From Candidatus Levybacteria bacterium RIFCSPHIGHO2_01_FULL_40_16 (GTDB lineage: Bacteria > Patescibacteriota > Microgenomatia > Levybacterales > UBA12049): a DNA stretch of 64,000 nt. The notes beneath the pieces were generated by a model. The model had not been told where the DNA came from. It ran no database searches and saw nothing but the letters and a program-made list of their open reading frames with translations. Made by a program: the position numbers and the translations under genes. Location of the stretch: positions 1,594-65,593 of the forward strand of contig MFNS01000007.1 in assembly GCA_001783805.1 (NCBI GenBank). Direction: 5' to 3'. Below, one piece after another: positions 47,086 through 56,516 of this stretch (positions within the stretch are counted from its first letter, which is position 1; every line of letters starts with the position of its first letter).

Positions 47086-48552
47086 ATGAAAATCCTAAAA
47101 GGGCTTGAGGGCAGTAGACAATTTTGGTTTGTAATATTCACCTCATTTTTATTTTTTATACTAAGATTTCCTTCCCTTTTTGAACCGCTCTGGTATGGGG
47201 ATGAAGGAATATATCAAGTAGTCGGAACCTCTTTAAATCATGGAAAATTACTCTATGCTCAAATTTTTGATAACAAACCCCCGCTTTTATATTGGCTATA
47301 TGCAATTCTCCAATCGGATCAATTCACAATAAGACTTGCCTCTCTTATCTTTGGGGTGCTGGCGGTAATAATGTTTTTCTTTTTATCTAAAAAGCTTTTT
47401 GAGAATGCCAAGAAAAATAATAATATCGCTTTTTTAACAACATTTATATTTGCTATTCTATTTGGCTTGCCAATATTGGAGGGAAATATTGCAAATGCGG
47501 AAAACTTCATGCTCCTTCCAATTATTGCCGCTGCGCTTCTGATCTCAAATCTCAAAAATCAAATTTCAGATCTTAAATTATTTATAACGGGTTTACTTTT
47601 GGGAATTGCGTTCCTCTTTAAAATTGTTGCAGTTTTTGATTTCGCCGCTTTTCTGGCTTTCTACTTTATCCTAAACTTTAATTCTTTTAATTCTTTAAAA
47701 AAGGCAGTCAAATTATCTCCCATTATTACCGGATTTTCTCTGCCTATATTTTTAGTTGCTTTATTCTTTGTTGCAAACGGTACTTTAATAGATTTTATAA
47801 GAGCAACTTTCCTCGCTAATGTTTCCTATGTAAGTTACGGGAATAAAATCGGTAGTCTGCCCATTCTTCTTTTCATAAAATTGGTTCTTCTGGGAGGTTT
47901 TCTTCTTTTTGCTTTAGCGAAAAGAAAAAAGTTCAACCATACGACTCTTTTTATATCAATCTGGTTTGCGTTCTCATTATTTAATGCCTTCTTTTCCCAG
48001 CGCCCATACACTCATTATCTTTTGGTTTTAATTCCAAGCCTATCCCTGATGATAGGCTTGATTTTGCTTAATAAGAAACATCAAAAAACTATAACTGCCA
48101 TATTCTTAATAACATTATTTATTATTGTAAAGGGGTTTGGTATCCCGGGACCCAATCGAAACACCAATTACTATCAAAATTTTATCTCATATGTGATAGG
48201 TGGGAAAACAACTGCTCAATACCAGGCATTTTTTGACCGGAGTACTTCTTTTGATTACGAAATAGCGCGTTTTATTAAACCTAAACTAGACATACATGAT
48301 ACTATTTTTATTTGGGGAAATAACGCCCAGCTATATCAGCTGGTCGGCGTAGTTGCCCCGACAAAATACGTTGTTGCTTATCATATCTCAAATTATAAAG
48401 ATGGTGCAACAACTACTCAAACGGGAATAGAAAAAACGAAACCAAAATTTATTGTAATAATGGCAAACAGCGGATCAATTCCCTTTCCCCTTATAAATTA
48501 TTCTAAAAAAATTGATATCAATAACGCTACTATTTATGAAAGAATTTTTTAA
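47086..48552 (+). CDS. GT-C fold glycosyltransferase (GT39/GT83, ArnT/PMT-like)
   Basis: Polytopic, with an N-terminal loop YGDEGIY...DNKPPLLYW typical of the lipid-linked-sugar transferase DE/DD motif. Confidence 0.65.
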   Translation: MKILKGLEGSRQFWFVIFTSFLFFILRFPSLFEPLWYGDEGIYQVVGTSLNHGKLLYAQIFDNKPPLLYWLYAILQSDQFTIRLASLIFGVLAVIMFFFLSKKLFENAKKNNNIAFLTTFIFAILFGLPILEGNIANAENFMLLPIIAAALLISNLKNQISDLKLFITGLLLGIAFLFKIVAVFDFAAFLAFYFILNFNSFNSLKKAVKLSPIITGFSLPIFLVALFFVANGTLIDFIRATFLANVSYVSYGNKIGSLPILLFIKLVLLGGFLLFALAKRKKFNHTTLFISIWFAFSLFNAFFSQRPYTHYLLVLIPSLSLMIGLILLNKKHQKTITAIFLITLFIIVKGFGIPGPNRNTNYYQNFISYVIGGKTTAQYQAFFDRSTSFDYEIARFIKPKLDIHDTIFIWGNNAQLYQLVGVVAPTKYVVAYHISNYKDGATTTQTGIEKTKPKFIVIMANSGSIPFPLINYSKKIDINNATIYERIF

Positions 48553-48889
48553 AGATATCCTCCAGGACAAAACTATAACTTCAGCATTTTTTATAAATAT
48601 TTTTTTGATAATTTCAGCTATTGCCTACATTTTATTTTCTTATGGAAAACTTCCTCCGTTCATTCCGGTTTTTAACCAATTACCCTGGGGAGAACAAAGG
48701 CTGGGGAGCCAATTCACGATATTTATTCCGATACTATCTGCTTTATTAATTTTTGTAATAAATATATTCATAAGCAATTTTATCTATAAAAAAATCCCCC
48801 TGATTGCCCGCATGTTTGCCGCCATTAGTTTACTTACGGGAGTTCTCACTTTTCTTTTTATCGTAAAAACTATTACATTAATAATTTAA
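48512..48889 (+). CDS. small membrane protein (125 aa)
   Basis: ORF with 3 TM helices; overlaps the GT-C gene by 41 nt. Confidence 0.35.
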   Translation: MISITLLFMKEFFKDILQDKTITSAFFINIFLIISAIAYILFSYGKLPPFIPVFNQLPWGEQRLGSQFTIFIPILSALLIFVINIFISNFIYKKIPLIARMFAAISLLTGVLTFLFIVKTITLII

Positions 48890-48891
48890 AA

Positions 48892-49941
48892 ATGATAATC
48901 TTTCTTCCTCTAATAACTGCATTTCTCATAACAGTTATAATAACTCCAATATCAATAATTCTCATAAAAAAAATGGGGCTTCTGGATAATCCTAAAACGC
49001 ACAAGCACCCTGGCATAATTCATAAAAAAATAATTCCCCGCGGAGGAGGAATTCCTCTTTTTATCGGTATTCTCTTAGCCGGAATATTTTTTCTGCCTCT
49101 GACCAAAACTGTAATTGCACTTTTTACGGCAGGAGGTATTGCGCTTTTAATTGGAATCCTTGATGACAAATATGATATTTCTCCTTATGTACGTTTTGTT
49201 GGAAATATAGCTGCGGCATTAATTGTCGTAAAATCCGGCATTACTATCCCCTTCGTAACAAATCCTTTCGGAGGGATACTTTATTTAAATTCAATAATCT
49301 TGCCTTTTTCGATTGCTCTTTCGGATATCGTTGCAATGCTTTGGATTATTTGGGTCATGAACATGTTAAATTGGAGCAAAGGAGTTGACGGCCAGATGCC
49401 GGGAATTGTCGCGATATCCGCAATAACAATTGGACTTCTTAGTCTCCGATTTGCAGGATCGGATTCATTCAGTCAGATAAGCGTAGATTTATCATTTATG
49501 ATAGCGGGTGCATCTCTGGGATTTTTAATGTTTAATTTTCATCCCGCAAAAATATTTCCGGGGTATGGGGCAACTGCAGTTTATTTATTGTTAAGTGCCG
49601 CATCTATTCTTTCCGGAGCAAAATTGGCAACAGCAATTTTGGTAATGGGAATTCCGATGATAGACGGACTTTTTACTGTCTTACGCCGGCTCTTGTCGGG
49701 AAAATCCCCATTTTGGCATGATAAAAAACATCTCCACCATCTTCTTTTAAGTTTTGGAGCCAGTCAAAGACAAATCGCATTGTTTTATTGGATAATCTCT
49801 GCTATATTAGGGGCACTTGCTTTAGTTTTGTCAAGCCGTGCAAAACTTTTTGCAATTATAATGCTTTTAATTGTTGTTGGAGGAACATTACTCTTCTTGC
49901 ATCGCATATTAAGCAAGACTTATGATAAAGACCGCCTATAA
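48892..49941 (+). CDS. polyprenyl-phosphate N-acetylhexosamine-1-phosphate transferase (MraY/WecA family, GT4)
   Basis: LLDNPKTHKHPGIIHKKIIPRGGGIPL, LGILDDKYDISP, VMNMLNWSKGVDGQ (NxxNxxDGxDGL-like). Confidence 0.75.
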   Translation: MIIFLPLITAFLITVIITPISIILIKKMGLLDNPKTHKHPGIIHKKIIPRGGGIPLFIGILLAGIFFLPLTKTVIALFTAGGIALLIGILDDKYDISPYVRFVGNIAAALIVVKSGITIPFVTNPFGGILYLNSIILPFSIALSDIVAMLWIIWVMNMLNWSKGVDGQMPGIVAISAITIGLLSLRFAGSDSFSQISVDLSFMIAGASLGFLMFNFHPAKIFPGYGATAVYLLLSAASILSGAKLATAILVMGIPMIDGLFTVLRRLLSGKSPFWHDKKHLHHLLLSFGASQRQIALFYWIISAILGALALVLSSRAKLFAIIMLLIVVGGTLLFLHRILSKTYDKDRL

Positions 49942-50866
49942 TACTTTGCGATTGCTACGGCCAAGGCAGTGGATAAAAAACACGGCTATCTTTGCCGCAA
50001 TAACATTTTCCGGCAGTCTATTTGAATGGCAAATCCTTAACAAAGTAATTCTTGCATTTATAGTATTCTGCAGTCTTTCTTCCGCAAGCTACATCATCAA
50101 TGATATTTTCGACATACAAAAAGATAGGCTCCATCCGTTTAAAAGATTTAGACCCCTGGCCAACAAAACTTTGTCGGTAAATTACGCTTTGGGAGTTGCA
50201 TTTGCCCTCATAATCTTTTCTCTTTTTCTGGGATCTTTAGTTAGTCCGGCATTTCTCGTATTGGGCGTAATCTATCTAGCCATTCAGTTTTTCTATTCCA
50301 CAATCTTAAAACCAATTGCGATTATTGATATTTTAGCCATTGCTTTGGGATATATTCTTAGAGTTTATGCGGGAGAATTGGCCGGAGGTATTCATATTTC
50401 CGTCTGGCTTTTATTAACAACCATTTCTTTATCGCTTTTTCTGGCAGTTGGAAAAAGAAGATCGGAATTAACCCTTGTCTCTCAAAATAAATCTGTAAAT
50501 ATTTCCGACGTCAGAAAAACTTTATCTCATTATTCCGAAAGACTGCTAGATGTTTATGCTTCGATTTTCGCAACTTCTACCTTTGTATCCTATACTCTTT
50601 TTACTTTTTTGGAAAACCCGCGCGGATTTAATCTTGGACTAAGCCTTCTTCTGCCGGATTTTTTGCCTGCCTTTTTTCAAAGGAAATGGTTAATGATAAC
50701 TATCATTCCTGTCGTTTATGGCCTCATGCGTTACCTGCAGGATATTTATGAGAAGCATGAAGGAGAAAGCCCCGAAAGAGTATTGACCTCTGACAAGCCT
50801 TTGCTGGCAGCAGTAATTTCCTGGATTTTTCTATTAATTCTTATTATCTATGCGATCGGTCCCTAA
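49922..50866 (+). CDS. UbiA-family decaprenyl-phosphate phosphoribosyltransferase (DPPR synthase-like)
   Basis: N-terminus LRLLRPRQWIKN is characteristic of DPPR synthase; UbiA Asp-rich motif NDIFDIQKD. Confidence 0.65.
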   Translation: MIKTAYNTLRLLRPRQWIKNTAIFAAITFSGSLFEWQILNKVILAFIVFCSLSSASYIINDIFDIQKDRLHPFKRFRPLANKTLSVNYALGVAFALIIFSLFLGSLVSPAFLVLGVIYLAIQFFYSTILKPIAIIDILAIALGYILRVYAGELAGGIHISVWLLLTTISLSLFLAVGKRRSELTLVSQNKSVNISDVRKTLSHYSERLLDVYASIFATSTFVSYTLFTFLENPRGFNLGLSLLLPDFLPAFFQRKWLMITIIPVVYGLMRYLQDIYEKHEGESPERVLTSDKPLLAAVISWIFLLILIIYAIGP

Positions 50867-50868
50867 CG

Positions 50869-51558
50869 TTAAGCTTCGCCTTTATTCCCATGATAAAAAT
50901 CATACGCGATTCCCGCAAGGCAACTCCAAGAAAAATACCAGAGTAATTCTGTAACTGGAATGTTGCCAATAATCTTTATTCCAAAAGCTGTATTAGCTAG
51001 CAACCAATATTTATCCCAATAACCTGGGGATATAAAGTTAAAAAGCAAGATATAAATTGGAATAATTACTGAAAGAGATAATATACCAGACATTATAGAT
51101 TGCATCACCAAATCTTTTCTTATAAAAACCATCATAAAGGAGAGTATAAGAAATACAAAAGAACTAACAAAAATTGAATTAATCTTCAATAAATTATTAA
51201 ATAATAACAGCGAAAGAATGCCAATGACAAAGAAAACAAAAAAAATAATTCTGTGTCCTTTTTCATGTTTACTACCTTCCTTTTTAAAAAGAACTTTATA
51301 GATGGTCGCTGCTATTCCAGTAAATGCAAAACCAAATAAAAAATCTTCCAGGAAGATTTTTGCATCACCAAATAAAAGTGGAGGGCGCCAATAATCTTTA
51401 AAGTACCAAAATTCAGCAATTAGGCCAGCTAACCCGCCTACAACACTTGCTTTAATTAATATTCTTCTTACTTCCTTTTTTAAAAACAAAAAAAATACTG
51501 ACCAAATTAACAATAGGAGAATTGATAGCAGTAAATAAATATATTTATCCACAACCAT
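50869..51558 (-). CDS. polytopic membrane protein (229 aa)
   Basis: ORF, ~7 TM helices. Confidence 0.35.
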   Translation of the reverse strand: MVVDKYIYLLLSILLLLIWSVFFLFLKKEVRRILIKASVVGGLAGLIAEFWYFKDYWRPPLLFGDAKIFLEDFLFGFAFTGIAATIYKVLFKKEGSKHEKGHRIIFFVFFVIGILSLLLFNNLLKINSIFVSSFVFLILSFMMVFIRKDLVMQSIMSGILSLSVIIPIYILLFNFISPGYWDKYWLLANTAFGIKIIGNIPVTELLWYFSWSCLAGIAYDFYHGNKGEA

Positions 51559-52391
51559 TATTGTTTGATTGCATATTGAGCGCTAATCCAGCCTGTTTTT
51601 TCATCGGTAAGCTTTATTTCGAACCACCCCACTTTTTCGGAAATTAATTCATAACTTTCTCCGGGTTTTATTTGACCTATCTCGGCAGAGTTAATTGAAC
51701 TATTTTCTCTGACCCTTAGAAACCCTGTCGGTGTGTCCAAAATTAAAACTTTAGAAACCGTAACAGATGAAGATAATGTTGCTGTTGGAGAAGCAACAAG
51801 CGGATTAGATAAATCAGCATTAACTCCCAAAAAAATCAGGGAGCTAAGTCGAAATCCTAAAGCAGTTTTAATTCTTATTGACTTATCTTTATATCCGTCC
51901 CTGGTGAGCCTTAAATCGTGATCGGATTCGCTGACTTGTTTCAAAAGTAAAGGTGTTACCCCAACCGGATTACTGTCCAAAAAAACATTGGCTTTGTCAG
52001 GTAAAGAAATTATCATTACCTCAACGTCTTTTTTATTTTCCAAAGGCGATAAACTTATAATACTCCCATCGCTCTCGCCATTATCAGCGAATGCTCTATC
52101 AACAGCCGTCAAAGTCGACTTATTGATAGTAATCTTTATCTCATATGGTCTGAAGCTCCCGTCAGGAACTAATTTGATAGTATAATCTCCAACAGCTAAC
52201 ATCTGTGCTAAATCACAAGCACAAAATGGGGTAGTTCCTACTAATTTATTTTCCAAATAAACTCTGCTTTTGGGACTGGATGTCACTTGGAGCGCGCCTT
52301 TTCCGGACTGTCTGTCAAGAAAAAATAAAATACCAAAGAAAATTACAACCGCAATTAAAAGGGGCGCCAAAAACGACAAAATTTTCTTCAT
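51558..52391 (-). CDS. PEGA-domain protein with a C-terminal SH3b-like domain, signal/TM N-terminus
   Basis: Two PEGA-like repeats (SSPKSRVYLENKLVGTTP; DKANVFLDSNPVGVTP) and GWFEIKL...GWISAQY. Confidence 0.55.
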   Translation of the reverse strand: MKKILSFLAPLLIAVVIFFGILFFLDRQSGKGALQVTSSPKSRVYLENKLVGTTPFCACDLAQMLAVGDYTIKLVPDGSFRPYEIKITINKSTLTAVDRAFADNGESDGSIISLSPLENKKDVEVMIISLPDKANVFLDSNPVGVTPLLLKQVSESDHDLRLTRDGYKDKSIRIKTALGFRLSSLIFLGVNADLSNPLVASPTATLSSSVTVSKVLILDTPTGFLRVRENSSINSAEIGQIKPGESYELISEKVGWFEIKLTDEKTGWISAQYAIKQ

Positions 52392-52498
52392 AAAACTTTT
52401 GTAAAAACAATTATAGCAGAAGGGATGCTAAAATCTGAATTGGTTTTAATGTTTTAAAACATTAAAGTATATTTAGTTAGTGATATAATTTATTAATA

Positions 52499-52831
52499 AT
52501 GATCACTTATGGTGATTTTGAAAAAGTAGACATCCGAGTTGGAAAGATTATCAGAGTTGAGGATTTTCCGGAGGCTCGAAAACCTGCATATAAATTGACT
52601 ATCGATTTTGGCCCGGAAATTGGCATTAAAAAATCCAGCGTTCAAATTGTTGATTTATATAAAAAAGAGGATTTAAAAGGATTATTAATTCTTGGAGTTG
52701 TAAATTTTCCTCCAAAACAAATCGGTCCTTTTATATCTGAGGTTTTAACAGTAGGAGTTGCAAACGAGGAAGGACAAGTCGTCTTAGTCCGCCCCGACAA
52801 AACCGCCGTCCTCGGCTCCAAATTATTCTAA
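52499..52831 (+). CDS. tRNA-binding protein (CsaA/Trbp111, EMAP-like OB fold)
   Basis: FEKVDIRVGKIIRVEDFPEARKPAYKLTIDFG matches the Myf-domain signature. Confidence 0.75.
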   Translation: MITYGDFEKVDIRVGKIIRVEDFPEARKPAYKLTIDFGPEIGIKKSSVQIVDLYKKEDLKGLLILGVVNFPPKQIGPFISEVLTVGVANEEGQVVLVRPDKTAVLGSKLF

Positions 52832-53269
52832 TATATTTTTGAGTTTTTCTAAAATCTCTAAAGTAAAAGGTTCATTTAATTTTCCTTTACTTACCCATTC
52901 AAAGTACTCTAGCTCTGTAGATTTACCATTTAATACTTTTAAGGTATATCTAACATGATAATTATTATCCTTAGAAATCATCTCAAACATTTTATTTTTA
53001 TCGAATGAGGTTATTAAATATTCTGACCAGACACCGTTGCGATTTACATTTCTATATATGGTCCCTAATTTAGGTAGCTTTTCGTTCGCTTCTTCTTTAA
53101 TTATGGAATCTATCCAAAGAGGAGTATTTTTGGGATTTAATACAAATAAAAAAACTTTATTAACTGGCCTGTTAATTTGAATCACGAGTTTATTTTGTTT
53201 CATTGACAAGATTATATCAGAAGATATAAAAAATCCCCTCTCGGGGAATTGTAAATTGTTAAATGTCAA
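52823..53269 (-). CDS. SRPBCC (START/Bet v1-like) family protein; start probably the internal MKQNK
   Basis: Length and beta-alpha-beta pattern only; weak. Confidence 0.35.
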   Translation of the reverse strand: MTFNNLQFPERGFFISSDIILSMKQNKLVIQINRPVNKVFLFVLNPKNTPLWIDSIIKEEANEKLPKLGTIYRNVNRNGVWSEYLITSFDKNKMFEMISKDNNYHVRYTLKVLNGKSTELEYFEWVSKGKLNEPFTLEILEKLKNILE

Positions 53270-53281
53270 TTGTTAATTGTT

Positions 53282-54931
53282 TTAGTAGTCCATGCCGCCC
53301 ATGCCGCCCGGAGGCATTCCACCCGGCATTGCGTCTTTCTTCTCCGGCAAATCCGTAACTAAAGCTTCTGTAGTTAAAATCATCATCCCTACACTGGCTG
53401 CATTTTGAACTGCCGTTCTAACGACTTTCATGGGATCGATTATACCTTGCTCTATCATATTCACGGCTTCTTGATTTATCCCCATAACGTTTATTCCCAT
53501 ACCATGCGCATTTGAGCTTCGTATTTTCTCTATCATTGCTTCTCCATTGTATCCGGAATTTTCCATCAACGTCTTGAAAGGTTTCTCCAGGGCTGCTTTT
53601 ATAATCATTAATCCGGTTAATTCATCATCTCCAGCCTTAGCGTTTTCTAAATGTTTATTATTTATTTCTTGTGCTACTTCTAACAAGGTAATTTCGCCTC
53701 CTGGCACTATTCCTTCTTCTAAGGCCGCTTTTGTAGCTGCGACCGCATCAATAACTCTTTCTTTTTTATCCTTAAGTTCAACCTCTGTTGCAGCCCCAAC
53801 ATTTATAACAGCAACGCCGCCGGAAAGTTTTGCTAAGCGCTCCTGTAGCTTTTCCTTATCAAAATCCGAAGTTGAAGCTTCAATTGTTTTTCTTATTTGA
53901 ACAATTCTTGAAGCTATTTTTGTCTTAACTCCCTTTCCTCCAATTATTCTTGAGTTCTCCTTATCCGCCCATACTTTATCCGCGCGTCCGCAATCTTCAA
54001 TGGTAACAGAGTCAAATTTTCGTCCGGTATCCTCCGAAATTACAGTTCCGCCTGTTAAAATTGCAATATCTTCTAACATTTCTTTTCTTCGGTCTCCAAA
54101 TCCGGGTGCTTTAACTGCTAACGTATTAAACGTTCCTCTTAATTTGTTTACTACCAAAGTCGCTAAGGCTTCTCCATCTATTTCATCTGCGATAATGACT
54201 AAATTTTTGGAGACTTTGACTAAATTTTCCAGGAAAGGTAGAAGTTCGTTAAGAGCGGAGATTTTTTTATCGGTAATTAAGATATAAGGATCTTCAATTT
54301 CCGCTTCCATTTTGTCCGAATTGGTAACGAAATATGCCGACGCATAGCCCTTGTCAAATTCCATTCCTTCTTTGTAGTCTATTTCCGTTGAAAGACCTTT
54401 GCCTTCTTCAACTGTAACAACTCCATCTTTTCCAACTTTTTCTAATGCTTCTGCTATCTTCTTGCCAATCTCTGAATCACCTGCCGCAATCGTAGCAACC
54501 TTAGTAATGTCTCCCTTTTTGACTTCCTTTTTAACTTCTTGTAAATAATCAACAACAATTTTGACTCCACGCTCAATTCCTTTTTTTATAATCATTGGAT
54601 TTGCTCCTGCCGTTATCTGTTTTATTCCCTCTTCAACTATTGCTTGAGCTAAAATTGTTGCTGTAGTGGTACCGTCTCCCGCCACGTCAGCGGTTTTGGA
54701 TGCAGCTTCTTTCACCATTTGTGCTCCCATGTTTTCAAACTCATCTTTAAGCTCTATTTCCTTAGCAACTGTTACCCCATCGTGGACAACAGATGGGGCT
54801 CCCCATTTTCTATCAAGAGCTACATTTCTCCCTTTAGGACCAAGCGTTGTTGCAACTGCTCTTGTCAATTGATCTACTCCTGATTTTAATTTTATTCTTG
54901 CTTCCTCGCTGTAAATTATTTTTTTTGCCAT
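53282..54931 (-). CDS. groL: chaperonin GroEL with a GGM-type C-terminus
   Basis: [31 protein letters not shown], the [12 protein letters not shown] motif and the C-terminal [14 protein letters not shown]. Confidence 0.97.
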   Translation of the reverse strand: MAKKIIYSEEARIKLKSGVDQLTRAVATTLGPKGRNVALDRKWGAPSVVHDGVTVAKEIELKDEFENMGAQMVKEAASKTADVAGDGTTTATILAQAIVEEGIKQITAGANPMIIKKGIERGVKIVVDYLQEVKKEVKKGDITKVATIAAGDSEIGKKIAEALEKVGKDGVVTVEEGKGLSTEIDYKEGMEFDKGYASAYFVTNSDKMEAEIEDPYILITDKKISALNELLPFLENLVKVSKNLVIIADEIDGEALATLVVNKLRGTFNTLAVKAPGFGDRRKEMLEDIAILTGGTVISEDTGRKFDSVTIEDCGRADKVWADKENSRIIGGKGVKTKIASRIVQIRKTIEASTSDFDKEKLQERLAKLSGGVAVINVGAATEVELKDKKERVIDAVAATKAALEEGIVPGGEITLLEVAQEINNKHLENAKAGDDELTGLMIIKAALEKPFKTLMENSGYNGEAMIEKIRSSNAHGMGINVMGINQEAVNMIEQGIIDPMKVVRTAVQNAASVGMMILTTEALVTDLPEKKDAMPGGMPPGGMGGMDY

Positions 54932-54935
54932 AGAT

Positions 54936-55232
54936 TTATAAAATTATTGCCAAGATATCGTCCTGGCTAACCATTGTCCATTCTTCCGGACCAACCTTGA
55001 CTTCGGATCCTCCCCATTTTTTGTACATGACTTTTTGTCCGACTCTCACCACAACCGGCTGTTTTTCTCCCTTGACGACTTTTCCATCTCCGACTGCCAT
55101 AACTAGCCCGATTTGGGGTTTTTCTTTTGCACTATCCGGCAGAATGATTCCGCTGGCGGTTTTAGCTTCCGCTTCCAGAGGTTTGATAAGCACATTGTCA
55201 AACAGTGGTTTTATATTTAATCTCTTTGCCAT
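54936..55232 (-). CDS. groS: co-chaperonin GroES
   Basis: [12 protein letters not shown]...[14 protein letters not shown]; 4 nt upstream of groEL. Confidence 0.95.
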   Translation of the reverse strand: MAKRLNIKPLFDNVLIKPLEAEAKTASGIILPDSAKEKPQIGLVMAVGDGKVVKGEKQPVVVRVGQKVMYKKWGGSEVKVGPEEWTMVSQDDILAIIL

Positions 55233-55384
55233 AAGTAACTGACAGAATATACAACAAAATTAAAAAACTGTCAAGAGTTAGTCCGCGGAGTTGACATGTT
55301 CTCCTTTTCTCTATACGATAAATCCAGCACCCTTTATTAAAATTTAAATCATAAAGCTATGTAAGCTTTTAGAGGTGCTGGATA
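55233..55384 (-). promoter_or_regulatory. groESL promoter (TTGACA-17-TATATT) plus an upstream 10-bp inverted repeat ATCCAGCACC-N43-GGTGCTGGAT (CIRCE-core-like AGCAC/GTGCT arms)
   Basis: Minus strand: cTTGACAgttttttaattttgttgTATATTctgtcagttacttATG. The IR arms are at 55322-55331 and 55375-55384. Confidence 0.45.
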
Positions 55385-55400
55385 AATTCTAGGGATAAGT

Positions 55401-56516
55401 ATGTCCATCTTTTCATCATACAAAAAAATATTCTTATTAGGTTTTATCATCGTAATCCTTATTGCAATTCCATTCTCCGTATATCTTGCCCAAAAACGCC
55501 AGCAAACAACTACCAAAGCAGCTGCTTCTACTGTTCTTTCCTTTGAACCGGCTTTGGCAACAACAAAAGTAGGTGACATTTTGGTCTTAAATATCATGCT
55601 GGATCCGGGCGTTGGCACATCTGCAAATCAAGTTTCTTTCGTAAAATTATCGATTAACTTTGACCCAGCAAAATTTACAACGTTACCCACAGATAGTCTT
55701 AAGCCAAGTCCGGAATCTTCAAATACATTAACTACTATACTTGACGGTCCCACATATGATAATGCAGCCGGAAAAGCTACTCTGTCCTTATCTATCGGAG
55801 CAGATCCGACCAAAGCCGTGACAACAAAAACTAAAATCGCAATACTTCAACTTAAAGCGACTAACTCAACCACCCCCACTACTCCAAACATAACTTTTGA
55901 TTCCGCTCCCAACACGCAAGTCCTGTCAATTGCCTCTTCAGACCAGACAAGCGAAAACGTACTATCAACAACCATTCCTGCAAAAGTAACTGTTACTTCC
56001 ACAGCAGTAACTATCACGCCAACCTCTATCCCCGTTACTTCTGCTCCCGGCTCCCCAGGATTACCGCCGCCGTCATCTTCGTCGCTGACTCCTGTTTGCT
56101 CAATTCTGGGAGTTAACGGCTTAACCAACGGAACTGCTCCATATCCTCTCACTTTCACGGCAACGGGAAGCGACTCGGACGGCACTATTACCAAAATTTC
56201 TTTCAATTTTGGGGACTCAATTGAAGATTTAACCACGGGAGGCGGAATAGGAACGAGCTCTGTAAGCGGACAGCTGCTTCACACCTATAAAACTCCCGGA
56301 ATTTATACTGCCTACGCAATTTTAACCGATAATACCAACAATTTAAGCGTTCAGCAACCCAGCTGCACTAAAACGATTACAATTACAGGACTGCAGACTA
56401 GCCCAACTATAATTACTCAGCCGCTTCCTCCACCCGGAAACGGAAAGATTATCTTTGGTCTTGGAGCGATAGGAATTATCTTTACAATTATCGGTAGTGC
56501 CCTGCTACGTCTCTAA
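55401..56516 (+). CDS. cell-surface protein: signal/TM, cohesin-like region, PKD domain, C-terminal hydrophobic anchor preceded by LPPPGNG
   Basis: PKD signature LLHTYKTPGIYTAYAILTDNTNN; T/S/P-rich linkers; C-terminal QPLPPPGNGKIIFGLGAIGIIFTIIGSALLRL. Confidence 0.55.
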   Translation: MSIFSSYKKIFLLGFIIVILIAIPFSVYLAQKRQQTTTKAAASTVLSFEPALATTKVGDILVLNIMLDPGVGTSANQVSFVKLSINFDPAKFTTLPTDSLKPSPESSNTLTTILDGPTYDNAAGKATLSLSIGADPTKAVTTKTKIAILQLKATNSTTPTTPNITFDSAPNTQVLSIASSDQTSENVLSTTIPAKVTVTSTAVTITPTSIPVTSAPGSPGLPPPSSSSLTPVCSILGVNGLTNGTAPYPLTFTATGSDSDGTITKISFNFGDSIEDLTTGGGIGTSSVSGQLLHTYKTPGIYTAYAILTDNTNNLSVQQPSCTKTITITGLQTSPTIITQPLPPPGNGKIIFGLGAIGIIFTIIGSALLRL

